This document shows, in pieces, positions 12,646 to 23,687 of a stretch of DNA of 64,000 nucleotides (positions are counted from its first letter, which is position 1; each line of letters starts with the position of its first letter). The notes beneath the pieces were generated by a model. That model worked only from the letters and a program-made list of their open reading frames with translations. It was not told the DNA's origin and made no database searches. Origin of the DNA: Octopus vulgaris (Eukaryota); assembly GCA_951406725.2 (NCBI GenBank), contig OX597820.1, positions 116,808,001 through 116,872,000 of the forward strand, in the 5' to 3' direction. A program made the position numbers and the translations under genes.

Positions 12646-12897
12646 GTCCGCCAAGTACGCCTACAGTTGTTCCCCCTGATGGAAGATTACGACAAGAACA
12701 ATATCGGCAGTCTGTCCCGCTCGCAATTTCGTAGAGTTCTTGTGGAATTAGAGCTGGGAAGTTATTTCACCGAGCGAGAACTCGAAATTATATGTAAAAA
12801 GTTCAAAGTGCGAGTGGGCTCAAGAGACGACGTACATTATATCGCCTTTTGCGACTTCATTTATGAGTTGGCCAAATTTATTTACAGGACTCCTTAA
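12646..12897 (+). CDS. Multi-EF-hand protein, terminal coding exon
   Basis: ccattcag|GTCCGC acceptor. Encodes VRQVRLQLFPLMEDYDKNNIGSLSRSQFRRVL...DVHYIAFCDFIY...RTP-TAA, repeating the DYDKxNxG...VxYxxFCD module of the previous two exons. Confidence 0.9.
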   Translation, partial: VRQVRLQLFPLMEDYDKNNIGSLSRSQFRRVLVELELGSYFTERELEIICKKFKVRVGSRDDVHYIAFCDFIYELAKFIYRTP

Positions 12898-12937
12898 GGA
12901 AAATCCTGTAAGCGATGAGAGATCACACAGGTTTCAA

Positions 12938-12961
12938 AATAAAATAGATTTCATGAATAAA
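12938..12961 (+). terminator. Two AATAAA polyadenylation signals of the EF-hand gene
   Basis: AATAAA at 12938 and 12956, 40-60 nt after the stop, followed by a T-rich downstream element. Confidence 0.6.
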
Positions 12962-13653
12962 TCAACAGATTTTTATTTATTCGTTTATTTTATCATTGTA
13001 ATTATACGTCGAAGGCGAAGAGCCCTGAAAATATAGGTGACACGATTTCATCAGAAATTGTGACCAAGCTTGACTTCCTGGGGTTGCTCCAATTAAATTG
13101 AACCTTAGAAAATGACCCGAATGTTACGATCTCAGTTTATTTGAACAAAGGTATAAAGAACTAATAACCCTCAGATGGTGTTCATTTGACACTGAAAAGC
13201 CTGTCGACTATCAAACTATCTGTGAGATAAATTATTTTTACGTTTGCTGGAAAAACGATCAAATATTTCTTCAGTAGCTAGGCAGGGGCCGGGAGATGCT
13301 CTGCTCGGGACGATGCTTTTATGGGTCACTTTTGGATCAGCTGTTGTGGTCTTGAAAGGCGTCAAACTCACGGGGCTTTCCGAGGTGGTACACACTCTAC
13401 TTCTGCCACTGTTTTTCTTCATCGATATTTTGCTATGTAGTTCTCTTTTTAATGATTTTAGAAAACTTTATAAGTTATTACAGATGGAGGATAACTGGCT
13501 GGATTTATTAGTTGGTCGTTAATTTGTGTGGTGTTATGGGCTGTGATGGAGCTATGTGGTGTTGGTGGAGGAGAGTGCAGATGTGGTGGACGGAAGTAAG
13601 GCTTGCAGGGCCCGGCAGAAGAGTGACAGGGCCATGCGTGGGCAGGAAGCACG

Positions 13654-14070
13654 GGATCTTTTCGGTTTGAACGGCAGTTTTTAACATAATTTCTAGGTAA
13701 CTAAAAAATGTTAAACTTCGTATACTGGTAGAATGTGTTTATAAAACATCTTTTTCTCTTGGCTTTATTGAGAAAATTCTATAGTTTGTAAGATATTTGT
13801 TGTTTTTTTTCTTCAATTTCTGCAATTTCAACCAATCAAATACGTCTATTGAGGTAAAAAACATTCTGTGCCGTATGAATATGTCCCTCGTTTAAGAAAC
13901 AGATTGGGTTTATTTACATTTGTGAAGAAAAAAAGATACCCTTCCCCCCACCCCTAACCCTAACCCTAAAACAGATTGAAATGCAATAGATCGATACTAG
14001 GGTCATAATTATGGGTGACAATTTCATATGATACCGCTAGAAAAAACTGCCGTTCAAACCGAAAAGATCC
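13654..14070. mobile_element. MITE with GG-ended TIRs and 9-bp TSD (Merlin- or Mutator-like)
   Basis: GGATCTTTTCGGTTTGAACGGCAGTTTT and its exact inverse. TSD GGAAGCACG at 13645-13653 and 14071-14079. Contains (CCCTAA)3. Confidence 0.9.
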
Positions 14071-15069
14071 GGAAGCACGTGTGGTCAGTTCCAGCAAAGA
14101 GCGCAGAGCGACAAGACGTGTTGAATTCATGACAGAGTGACCACTGATTTCGCCGAGGTAAGGCCTTTTGTATTTCTTTCTCCCGTTGCTTCTTTTTCTG
14201 TTGTCCGTTTCCTCCGTCACACTACAATTTGAATTATGGAAGAGAATTGATCGGAGAGGAACTGGTGCTAATGAAGAGAGAAGAAAATGACGACGTATCA
14301 CTTTACTTTAACTCAGGGACATCTTTATGTAATCCATGAAAACATTTGGCAAGTACATAGCCTCATGAAAATGTACAGGTCATTGCTGTAAGCAATGGAG
14401 ATGTAGCATAATTGATAAATGCATATTTAAGTAAAGCAAGAGGGAGGCGAGGTACTAAATAATGTACGTGAAAATATTCTGATGAATTGAAATTTGTCTC
14501 TTTGAGGAACCAAACGAAAACCTAGTGGGAAATGGTTGGCAGCTCTGAAAGTGAAGGGGAGATAATCTCAAGAACTTGTGAATTCATTTCACAAGAATTG
14601 TATTTTGATAACTGCTGACTTTATAATTGTTCTATGTGTATATTCGTTGATTCTTTTACTGGTTTCAGCCACAGGCTGAGGCCATGCTGGGGCACTACCT
14701 TTGTACATTTGATAGATAGATGTCCTGTTGTCTCTGATTCAGTTTGCCTCTAGTAAAGACCTGTGCTGATGGGGAGGCTGCGAGATGTACAGACACAACA
14801 GTTGGAAGTGCAGTGACACAAATCTATAAAAAATGTGGCAGAAAACTTGTTTTAACGTTGTTGTCATGTTTACTTGGACAGAGATTACTTCAGTGGAGTT
14901 TCTTAAGTCAGAGATGCCATGTTTACAAGAGCACTGCTTATCCAGTCCTGTCTGGGAAGGTGCCAGAAAAGATGCCCAAAAACTTGCCTGTCTGCTTATG
15001 CTGGTTGGTTTATTGCGACCAAAAAGTTGTTCAACAAAAATAGGCTTAACACAAAATTTTATTGAAAAG

Positions 15070-16890
15070 GTCAAAATTTTAATATTTGCTGTTGGAATAT
15101 AAGAACCCTTCTAGATCATGCGGATCATCCCGAGTATTACATTGTCCTTGTTGTTAAAGAACTGCAACATTACAAAATAGAATAGCAACCCTTTCTGAAA
15201 CCTGGCTTACTGTTGAAGATCCTTTGATAGAAGCTTCCTCTCGCTTCACAATATTCTGGGTTAGAAAACCAAGGGTATTTGAATAGATGGAGGTGCTAGA
15301 TTGGCTGTGAAAACCAGTCTATTGCAAGATTTAGAGCAACCATAGAGCATGAAATAGAGAATTCTAATGTGTAATCGTCGTTTCTTCTTTCTGCATGTGA
15401 AGAAACTGAGGTTAAAATCTTAAATTTCTGAATCTTTCAGAAATATCATTTCTTCCACACGTACACATGAAAAGCTTGTTGTTCTGAGAAAGTTTAATGC
15501 TTTTGTTGGTGGACAATCCAAAATTTGGAGTTCACTTGGCTGTCATGATATTGGTCATGAGAATAGGAATGGCTTGCACTTACTTCAGCTGTGTTCTGAA
15601 CCTAATTTAAACATTTGTAACACTTTTTAGACATTTGCAAAACCTCTGTAATCTGCACGTTTTGCACAGCTTGGAATGTGACCATAAACTAATATGGATG
15701 AGTTCAGATTTGTAAGAAAATTCTCTGGAATAGGGCAAAACTGGTAATGAGAATTGCTGTGGATATATTGGAAATTGTACAAAACAAGCTCAATGATGTC
15801 GGTTTTAATGGAACTTGGAAGAATTTCGAGAATTTGGGCATCAGTATCTTGGGAATCAAAAGAAAGATACACAGAGACTGGCTTGACAATGGTAATGAAA
15901 TATGCCAGCTGCTGGAGGGGGGGAAAAAACTAATTTCCAAGACTTTATTGAATCTCAATACAACAAAGTCCATTGAAAACTCCGAGAAGTCATGAAGCAG
16001 TGAGAATTAATCTAAAATACTCCAAAGTCACAGATTTCATCAGATGTATTCAACACAAAGAATTCCAAGGCTTTATATGGTTTTCTTAGACAAGTATTTC
16101 GACCTCAGTCATTTTCTGAAGTCCATTTACAATCAAAAGACACTCTTTAACCCTTTAGTGTTTAAATTATTCTGTTAAATGTAATACTTCTTTATTCAAA
16201 TTCATCATCATCAACTTGAATTAATCATGCATTATCTTATAGCTTTGAGGTTTCAATAATGTCACTATTTATTTTTAGAGTCTCAATGTAGGGCAGGTGC
16301 TTAAAGGCTAGATATCGCCAGTTTGAATATAAAAAATGTAAAATATTTGAGCCGGATATGGCCGGTTTAAACACTAAAGGGTTAAAGACCAGTTGACATA
16401 AAATTCAGGAAAGAACACTTCAGATCTGTTCTTCAGCCCTTCCATGGTTAACCTGGAAATAATTACTGGATCTCCACAAAGGGACATGTTCATACACATG
16501 AACAATACCTGAATATAGGGAGATTCTGTTAACAATAGCCAAGGTGGAATACATGGAACTCTTGAAAGCAGGGAACAAACTATGGTATTTGACATTACAT
16601 AAGATGATGCTTGCTAGGAAGGAACATGGATTCCAGAAAATCACATTGATGGTGCAGTGGTGTTCATTCATAAAAATAAAGGACCTAAATATGTGACCAT
16701 TTCCATGGTATCACTGTTAGAATCTGTAAAGGGTAAAGTTCTCTTGAGAGTAATTTTAAAGCCTCTTATGCAAGACATTTGTCCTTTAATTTTACCAAAA
16801 ACTCAATCTTGCTTCTGAGAGTTTGTAACACTTTTTGGACAATGGACAAGGGTTTTCTTGGCCAGTCAACTTCAGGAGAAGCATATTGGA
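15070..16890 (+). mobile_element. RTE-clade LINE fossil (AP endonuclease to RT)
   Basis: CWNIRTLLDHADHPE...LSET...FTIFW, AVKTSLL, KFNAFVG, NRNGLHLLQLCSE remnants with many stops and frameshifts. Confidence 0.75.
16151..16381. mobile_element. piggyBac-type MITE (related copy at 21396-21606)
   Basis: TTAA|CCCTTTAGTGTTTAAA...TTTAAACACTAAAGGG|TTAA. Confidence 0.85.
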
Positions 16891-17739
16891 CATAAATTAT
16901 TATTCCTTCTATATTTAAGAGATGGACAGATGTTTATCATTCATCTTAGGGGCATTTTAATTGAGTTGTAGAGAAAGCTTTTCTTCTGCCTCATCAATTG
17001 AATTCCAAACTTTTTTGTGTTGAGGAGAGATTACTGAATATTTCATCTTTGTTTAGAGAAAGTCAGTTTGACAGAATCCGTCCCTTTCTAGGTTATGTGC
17101 TTATATTGCGAACTAAGAGAGATTTTACTGATAACAGACATGGAATATGAAGGGGAAACTGCAAGGGAACAAAAATGCTGTCAATTCCAGTGGGAAGAGG
17201 AAATACAGCTAAAAAGAAGACTGTGGCTGAATTAAGTCAACGTAGTAGCTGATGTCTTCATAAATTCTAATGCTGTCTTTGAGCAGTTGCCATTATTCTA
17301 GATTTAATTACTGGTCGAGTGAGTGCTATTAGATGAATAATTGAATCAGAGGGAAATGAGACTAACAGATCAGAAAACTTACACAAATTGGGAATCAAAT
17401 GAGGAAATATTATTTAGTGACTAACTGAAAAACAGCATGCTGGGATGAAGTTTCTGCTAGTTTAATTTAATTAATTCAAAACATTGAGACCCAATGTCAT
17501 GTCTATGCAAAAATTAACCAATTATGTGCTAGAATGGTATTTCTGGTGATATATTTTATGGAGTATCAATCTCATACTCCCAGCCTCTCTCAAAGTGGGG
17601 GAACTTTACATCACAATTGAAGAACTATTTTTCATATTTTGAAGAATGACAGTGTAACCATGGATAACAAAGTTTTAGAATAATGGTGTTGGAAGAATTT
17701 TGAAGAAAGGATTTCTTTATAAAGGACATGTCACAGGAA

Positions 17740-19690
17740 AAAGTTTTTATTTAGGGTATTGTTTAAACTGGACTTGATATAGTTTCATTTGGAAGGGAAA
17801 TTCAAAACATAGAAGCAAAATCTGGAATTGAAAGCCTTAGAGTAAATTTAGCAAAAAGAAAAGTTTTATTAAGTAGGAAGGAAGATAAACTGATCCGAGT
17901 AACAAGGAAATGCCTATGATCTGTCTACAGACAAAGAATCAGTAGATATTCAATGTGTGCTCAGAGGAAATAACAGACACACATGAGGAATGAGAAGCAG
18001 GCTAACAGAGAAGGTAAATTTTATATGCATTGGGGCAATAAGCACTAAAAGCACTCATCATCATTGACTTCATTTAATGCCTACTTTCCATGTTGGCATG
18101 GGTTGGATGGTTTGATTGAGGGCTGGCAAGCCAGAAGGCTGCACCAGGCTCTAATCTGATCTGGCAAAGTTTCTACAGCTGGGTATCCTTCCTAATGCCA
18201 ACCAGTCTGAGAGTGTAGTGGGTGCTTTTTTTACGTACCACCGGCACGAGGGCCAGTCAGGTGGTACTGGCATCAGCCACTCTTGAATGGTGCTTTTTTT
18301 ACATGCTACCAGCACAGGAGCCAGTCAATATATCGATTCTCAAATGCCCAACTCAAAATAGCTGTTGGCTTTCATTCTCTAAGTGATCAAAGTAACAGTG
18401 AAAAGTGGAAGTTCTGAAAGTGTGATAAGAAGAATAAGAAAAAGTTGGTGAAAGTTCAGGGAACAATGACTTCCATTGGCAACCAAGGGCTGATCCTTTT
18501 AAGTTGAGGGCACATTATATGATACCTGTGGGCAAAGCACACTGCTGTAATAACAGTGGGACATGGGCCTTAAATGCAGAGGAACCAAAAACTAGAAAGA
18601 AATAAAGCAAGTCTATTTTGTTGGATGTACCATGCTAGTGTACATGAATAATAAGGTATAAATGGAAAGACGAATGAAGTAGAAAGGGATGTAGCATGCA
18701 AGGGAGGAGTCTGCAACGGTATGGGCAGATGGAGGTTAACAACTGCACAAGCAGATGGGCGGATGGAGGTTAGCAACTGCACAAGCAGATGGGCAGATGG
18801 AGGTTAACAACTGCACAAGCAGATGGGCGGATGGAGGCTAACGGCTGCATGAACAGATGGGCAGATGGAGGCTAACAGCTGCACAAGCAGATGGGCAGAT
18901 GGAGGCTAACAGCTGCACAAACAGATGGGCAGATGGAGGCTAACAGCTGCACAAACAGATGGAGGCTAACAGCTGCACAAGCAGATGGGCAGATGGAGGC
19001 TAACAGCTGCACAAACAGATGGAGGCTAACAACTGCACAAGCAGATGGGCAGATGGAGGCTAACGGCTGCATGAACAGATGGGCAGATGGAGGCTAACAG
19101 CTGCACAAGCAGATGGGCAGATGGAGATTAACAGCTGCACAAACAGATGGAGGCTAACAACTGCACAAGCAGATGGGCAGATGGAGGCTAACGGCTGCAT
19201 GAACAGATGGGCAGATGGAGGCTAACAGCTGCACAAACAGATGGGCAGATGGAGGCTAACAGCTGCACAAACAGATGGGAAGATGGAGGCTAACAACTGC
19301 ACAAGCAGATGGAGGCTAATGGCTGCATGAACAGATGGGCAGATGGAGGCTAACAGCTGCACAAACAGATGGGCAGATGGGGGCTAACAGCTGCACAAAC
19401 AGATGGGCAGATGGAGGCTAACAACTGCACAAGCAGATGGGCAGATGGAGGCTAACGGCTGCATGAACAGATGGGCGGATGGGGGCTAACAGCTGCACAA
19501 GCAGATGGGGGCTAACAGCTGCACAAGCAAGTGCTGTGCATTCAAAGTGAACAGTACAGGTGGAAGAGAGAGAGAGAGAGACTGAAGAAAAGTTGGGATC
19601 AGGTGGTGAAAAAGGATCTCAAGATGTTACAGTTGACAAAGGAGGTGACATGAGTGCTGTGTTGACAGGTGACACTCAACACTGTAGAAG
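17740..19690 (+). mobile_element. Second RTE-type LINE 3' part, interrupted by a retroposon tail and a minisatellite
   Basis: LRVNLAKRKVL, RIRKSW*KFRE, GTLYDTC, GTWALN, LERNKASL remnants. Confidence 0.65.
18721..19530. repeat. 34-bp minisatellite ATGGGCAGATGGAGGCTAACAGCTGCACAAGCAG with 26-bp deletion variants
   Basis: About 25 units read directly. Confidence 0.95.
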
Positions 19691-20258
19691 ACCCAATGTA
19701 TTATGAAAGTGACATATACAGGCATGGCTGTGTGGTAAGAAGTTTGCTTCCCAACCACATGGTTCCAGGTTCAGTCCCACTGCATGGCACCTTGGGCAAG
19801 TGTCTTCTATGATAGCCTTGGGCTGACCAAAGCCTTGTGTGGATTTAGTAGTTGGAAACTGAAAAAAGTCTGACATATATGTGTGTGTGCCCTCCCTTAC
19901 CTCCATCACTTGACAACTGGTGTTGGTGTGTTTATGTCCCTGTAACTTAGCAGTTTGGCTGCAGAGACTGATAGAATAAGTACCAGGTTTCTAAAAAAAA
20001 AATTCTGGGATTGATTCATTTGATTAAAAATTCCTCGAGGCAGTGTCCCAGCATGGCCACAGTCTAAAGACAGACAGAAATAAAAGCAAGTGAGATGTGT
20101 AGCATCCACTTGTTGATGGGTAGGATGGAGATGCAAATTTATCTAACCTATTTCCACAGAAGAAAAACAACTGATAAACCAAAAGTATTGGCATTGAGGA
20201 ATTACTGGAAACAGTTCTTGGATTATGTCTATTACGCCCCCCCCACCTCCTTGCCACG

Positions 20259-21262
20259 CAGCTTTCAGTGTGTTAAACTGAAACTGAGGCTGACAGAAAC
20301 TGTGATGAAGCTCGTTGGATGAACAAGTAAGTGAAATTCAGAGCTCCAGTCTGATGACACATTGTGTGGAGCTGTTCTAGTCTTGGAATTAAGTTAAAGA
20401 CATACACACACGTCTGTGGGATACTCAACCACTTACACAGTAATTTAACAAATAGTGTTCAGCAGAATGAACATCAGTTCATTGTTGAAACCAATCGAGG
20501 ATCCATCATCATGTAAGTATCTAGCTATACATACACACACAGGCATATATTGTTGAGGATCCAGGCGTAGGGTGGCTGTGTGGTAAGTAGCTTGCTTACG
20601 AACCACATAGTTCCGGGTTCAATCCCACTGCATGGCACCTTGGGCAAGTGACTTCTACTACAGCCTCGGGCCGACCAAAGCCTTGTGAGTGGATTTGGTA
20701 GATGGAAACTGAAAGAAGCCCGTCGTATATATGTATATACATGTGAATATATGTTTGTGTGTCTGTGTTTGTCTCTCCCACATCGCTTGACAACCAATGC
20801 TGGTGTTTTTACGTCCTCGTAACTTAGCGGTTCGGCAAATGTGCCCAATAGAATAAGTACTGGGCTTACAAAGAATAAAGTCCTGGGATCAATTTGCTCG
20901 ACTAAAGGCGGTGCTCCAGCATGGCCACAGTCAAATGACTGAAACACGTAAAAGAGAGTAAAGAGTATAGCACTGTCTCAATGTTTCTTCCCCTGTCTAT
21001 ACTCAGAGTATGCATACTCACATATGTCATTGGTGTATGCAATCCATCTTAAACTACAACCATACATGTATGTCCCCCCATGTTGTCAATATGCTGATGC
21101 AATCCCACCTCACCTCTCCCTTTGGGGTTTTTTTTTTATCGTTTTAGTTCTTTTTCCTCACACTGCTCCCCCCTTCTCTCTCTCTCTCATTTATTCTGTC
21201 TTCAACCTGAGGATTCGTTCAATTCTTATTGATCAACAATTTAATTTCTCAACCAAAATTGT
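20259..21262. repeat. Composite local duplication: direct copy of 26136-26397 fused to an inverted copy of 27727-28094, later split by a SINE
   Basis: Both matches read directly; the junction shares ATGT at 20511-20514. Confidence 0.92.
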
Positions 21263-23656
21263 TTATTACTAAAACTATTAGTTCTTCAATTTGATATCAG
21301 TATTTCTTACCGCTAGGTTTGTTTTCTGTAAACTTCTTATCCAAGATTACCCAGCTAATTCCTCTGTTTATGATGTCAATAATTCTTTTCTTTAACCCTT
21401 TAGTGTTCACATTATTCTGCCAAAATTAATGCTTCTTCTTCCACATTGTTTTGAACTAATCATTCATCATCTTGTAGCCATGAGATTTTGATGAGGTAGC
21501 TGTTAATTTTTAAAACAATATTGTAGGGTTGGTGTGAGAGACCAGATAGGGCTAGTTTGAACATAAAACAGGTAGAATATTTTTGGCCGGTTTAAATGCT
21601 AATGGGTTAATGCCTTTTCACATCAATTGTTGAAGAAAGAATTTATTTATTTCTCTAAAACTTATTTTTTTAATATGTATGAAAAGAATGTATGTGTATA
21701 TATATATATACATATATAATATTAAATTAGAGATAAAACCACTATTAAGCAAATCATACAATATATAACAAAATTATTAAAAAAATATAATTTTTTAATA
21801 ATTTTGTTATAGATTTAAATAATATAAATTAAATAATCTTATGTATTGGCTTAAGTTTTTCATTGTATGATTTGCCTAATAGTGGTTTTATCTCTAATTT
21901 AATATTATATAATATTTTACTATAAAATTGGATTCAATCCTAAATCTGATTTTTCCCTGTAAGTTTGGATTTATTCCCTAATATTTATTATATATATATA
22001 TATATTATCAGGAAATTCTTTAAGACTATTCCTCTATTCTATAAAAGAACTACTGTTCTCTTGTAATATTGTCACTAAAATATTCCCAGAACTTCGAAAG
22101 GAATCAACAGATAATGATGGAGGCATCTCATTTTATTTATACATTTATTATTAGAAAAGATGTCAAGAAATTGTGAAATGGCCCTCAAATTGAACCAAAA
22201 TGAAACGCTGACCAACTGAAATTATCTTGAAAATCTTTTTCTGCCTTTTCTGCTAATTCTAAAAGCAATTATTATCGCAACAACCATAGTTTCATTACCT
22301 CCTCATCCACCACCACCACAACCTCCTCTTTTTCATGCATACAAGCAACATCTAAAATACAATTTGTTGTTTTTCTTTCTTTTTATTATTGCGTTTAATT
22401 AACCACACCCCTACTTACTTTATACAGAAAAAAGTTTATATAATTAATTGGTGGAAAAAAATAAATTATACATAAAAACAACCTAAAAATACATGCAAAT
22501 TTGTTTTGAAAGATCTAATATTCACATGGAGTAAATAAAAGATTAGGGTTTTTATTTAAAACAAAAGTAAAATTTAATTGTGGCCATAGTCACTCAACAA
22601 AGCAGTCATTGTTGATTAAAAAAAATTCAAATTTAAAAAAAAAAAGGCAAAGTAATAATGATGATTATGATGATAATGATGATGATGATGATGAACACAC
22701 TTCTGAATACTCGACAGGTTGGCAATATTCTTCTGTCAATGATTTCACTAAAGGACTAAAATATCGATGGTGGAAATTTGATAGTCCTCTTTAGATAAAG
22801 GGCCGTGTTCAGACAATATGTCCATCATATCCACAACAAGGGAGAATGGCTTAAATTTCAACTGTTAAAAAAAAATTAAATTAAAAAAAAAAAAAAAAAT
22901 CATGCTTGTCCAAATCTTTTGGAAAAGATTAGGTTAAATCTTTTAGCAAGAAGGATTAATAACAAATCAGATAAAACTGGTCAGTTGAATGCATTTCAAA
23001 GAGGGTTATCATATATTTTTTTTGTTTGTTTAGTTTTCTGAAATGAAAAATAAAAAAATAATAGACATATTTAGATATAAAAAGAATTTCTTTTAAAGAC
23101 GTTTTATACAAGACAAGACAAGCGGATTAAATACACAAATTTTATAAAACCGAACCAGCAGAAGGCAGGGATGTGTTTGTTGTTCTTTCAAGTCAGTATT
23201 CAGCCTTTTTTTTTTTCCAACTGCAGCTGTAACTGTTAAAAATGCTCAGAGACAGGAATAATAGACCAGGACCCAAGTGTTGATGGTTTCGGTATTCATA
23301 TTTAACATTTTTCTTTTTTTTTTCCTTTTTTTTTTACCTTGTGTCGATTCTGCTTTTATATAATTAGAGGCAATGCTACCTGTATTTCACTATCACAACC
23401 CACCTATCCATTCAAAGGGATTTGAATTAGTAAAATCTGCTTACTGCAGCTAACATTTAGCTGCACCATTATTTTAGTTTGTTTCTTTTGGGTTTTTTTT
23501 TTGTTTTTTTTTTTCCTTTTGATCTTCTCAAGTTGACCCACCTTAGTGCAATCTTTTTCAAGAGAGTTCAGTAACATTCAGTTTTCCAGCATTAATTATA
23601 GACAAAACTCGTATAATTTCCAACCATCGACCCTATTGAGAATAAAAATAAATACG

Positions 23657-23687
<31 letters not shown>

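Noticed and set aside
13951-13970. Interstitial telomere (CCCTAA)3
   Set aside because: Only three units, and they lie inside a MITE.
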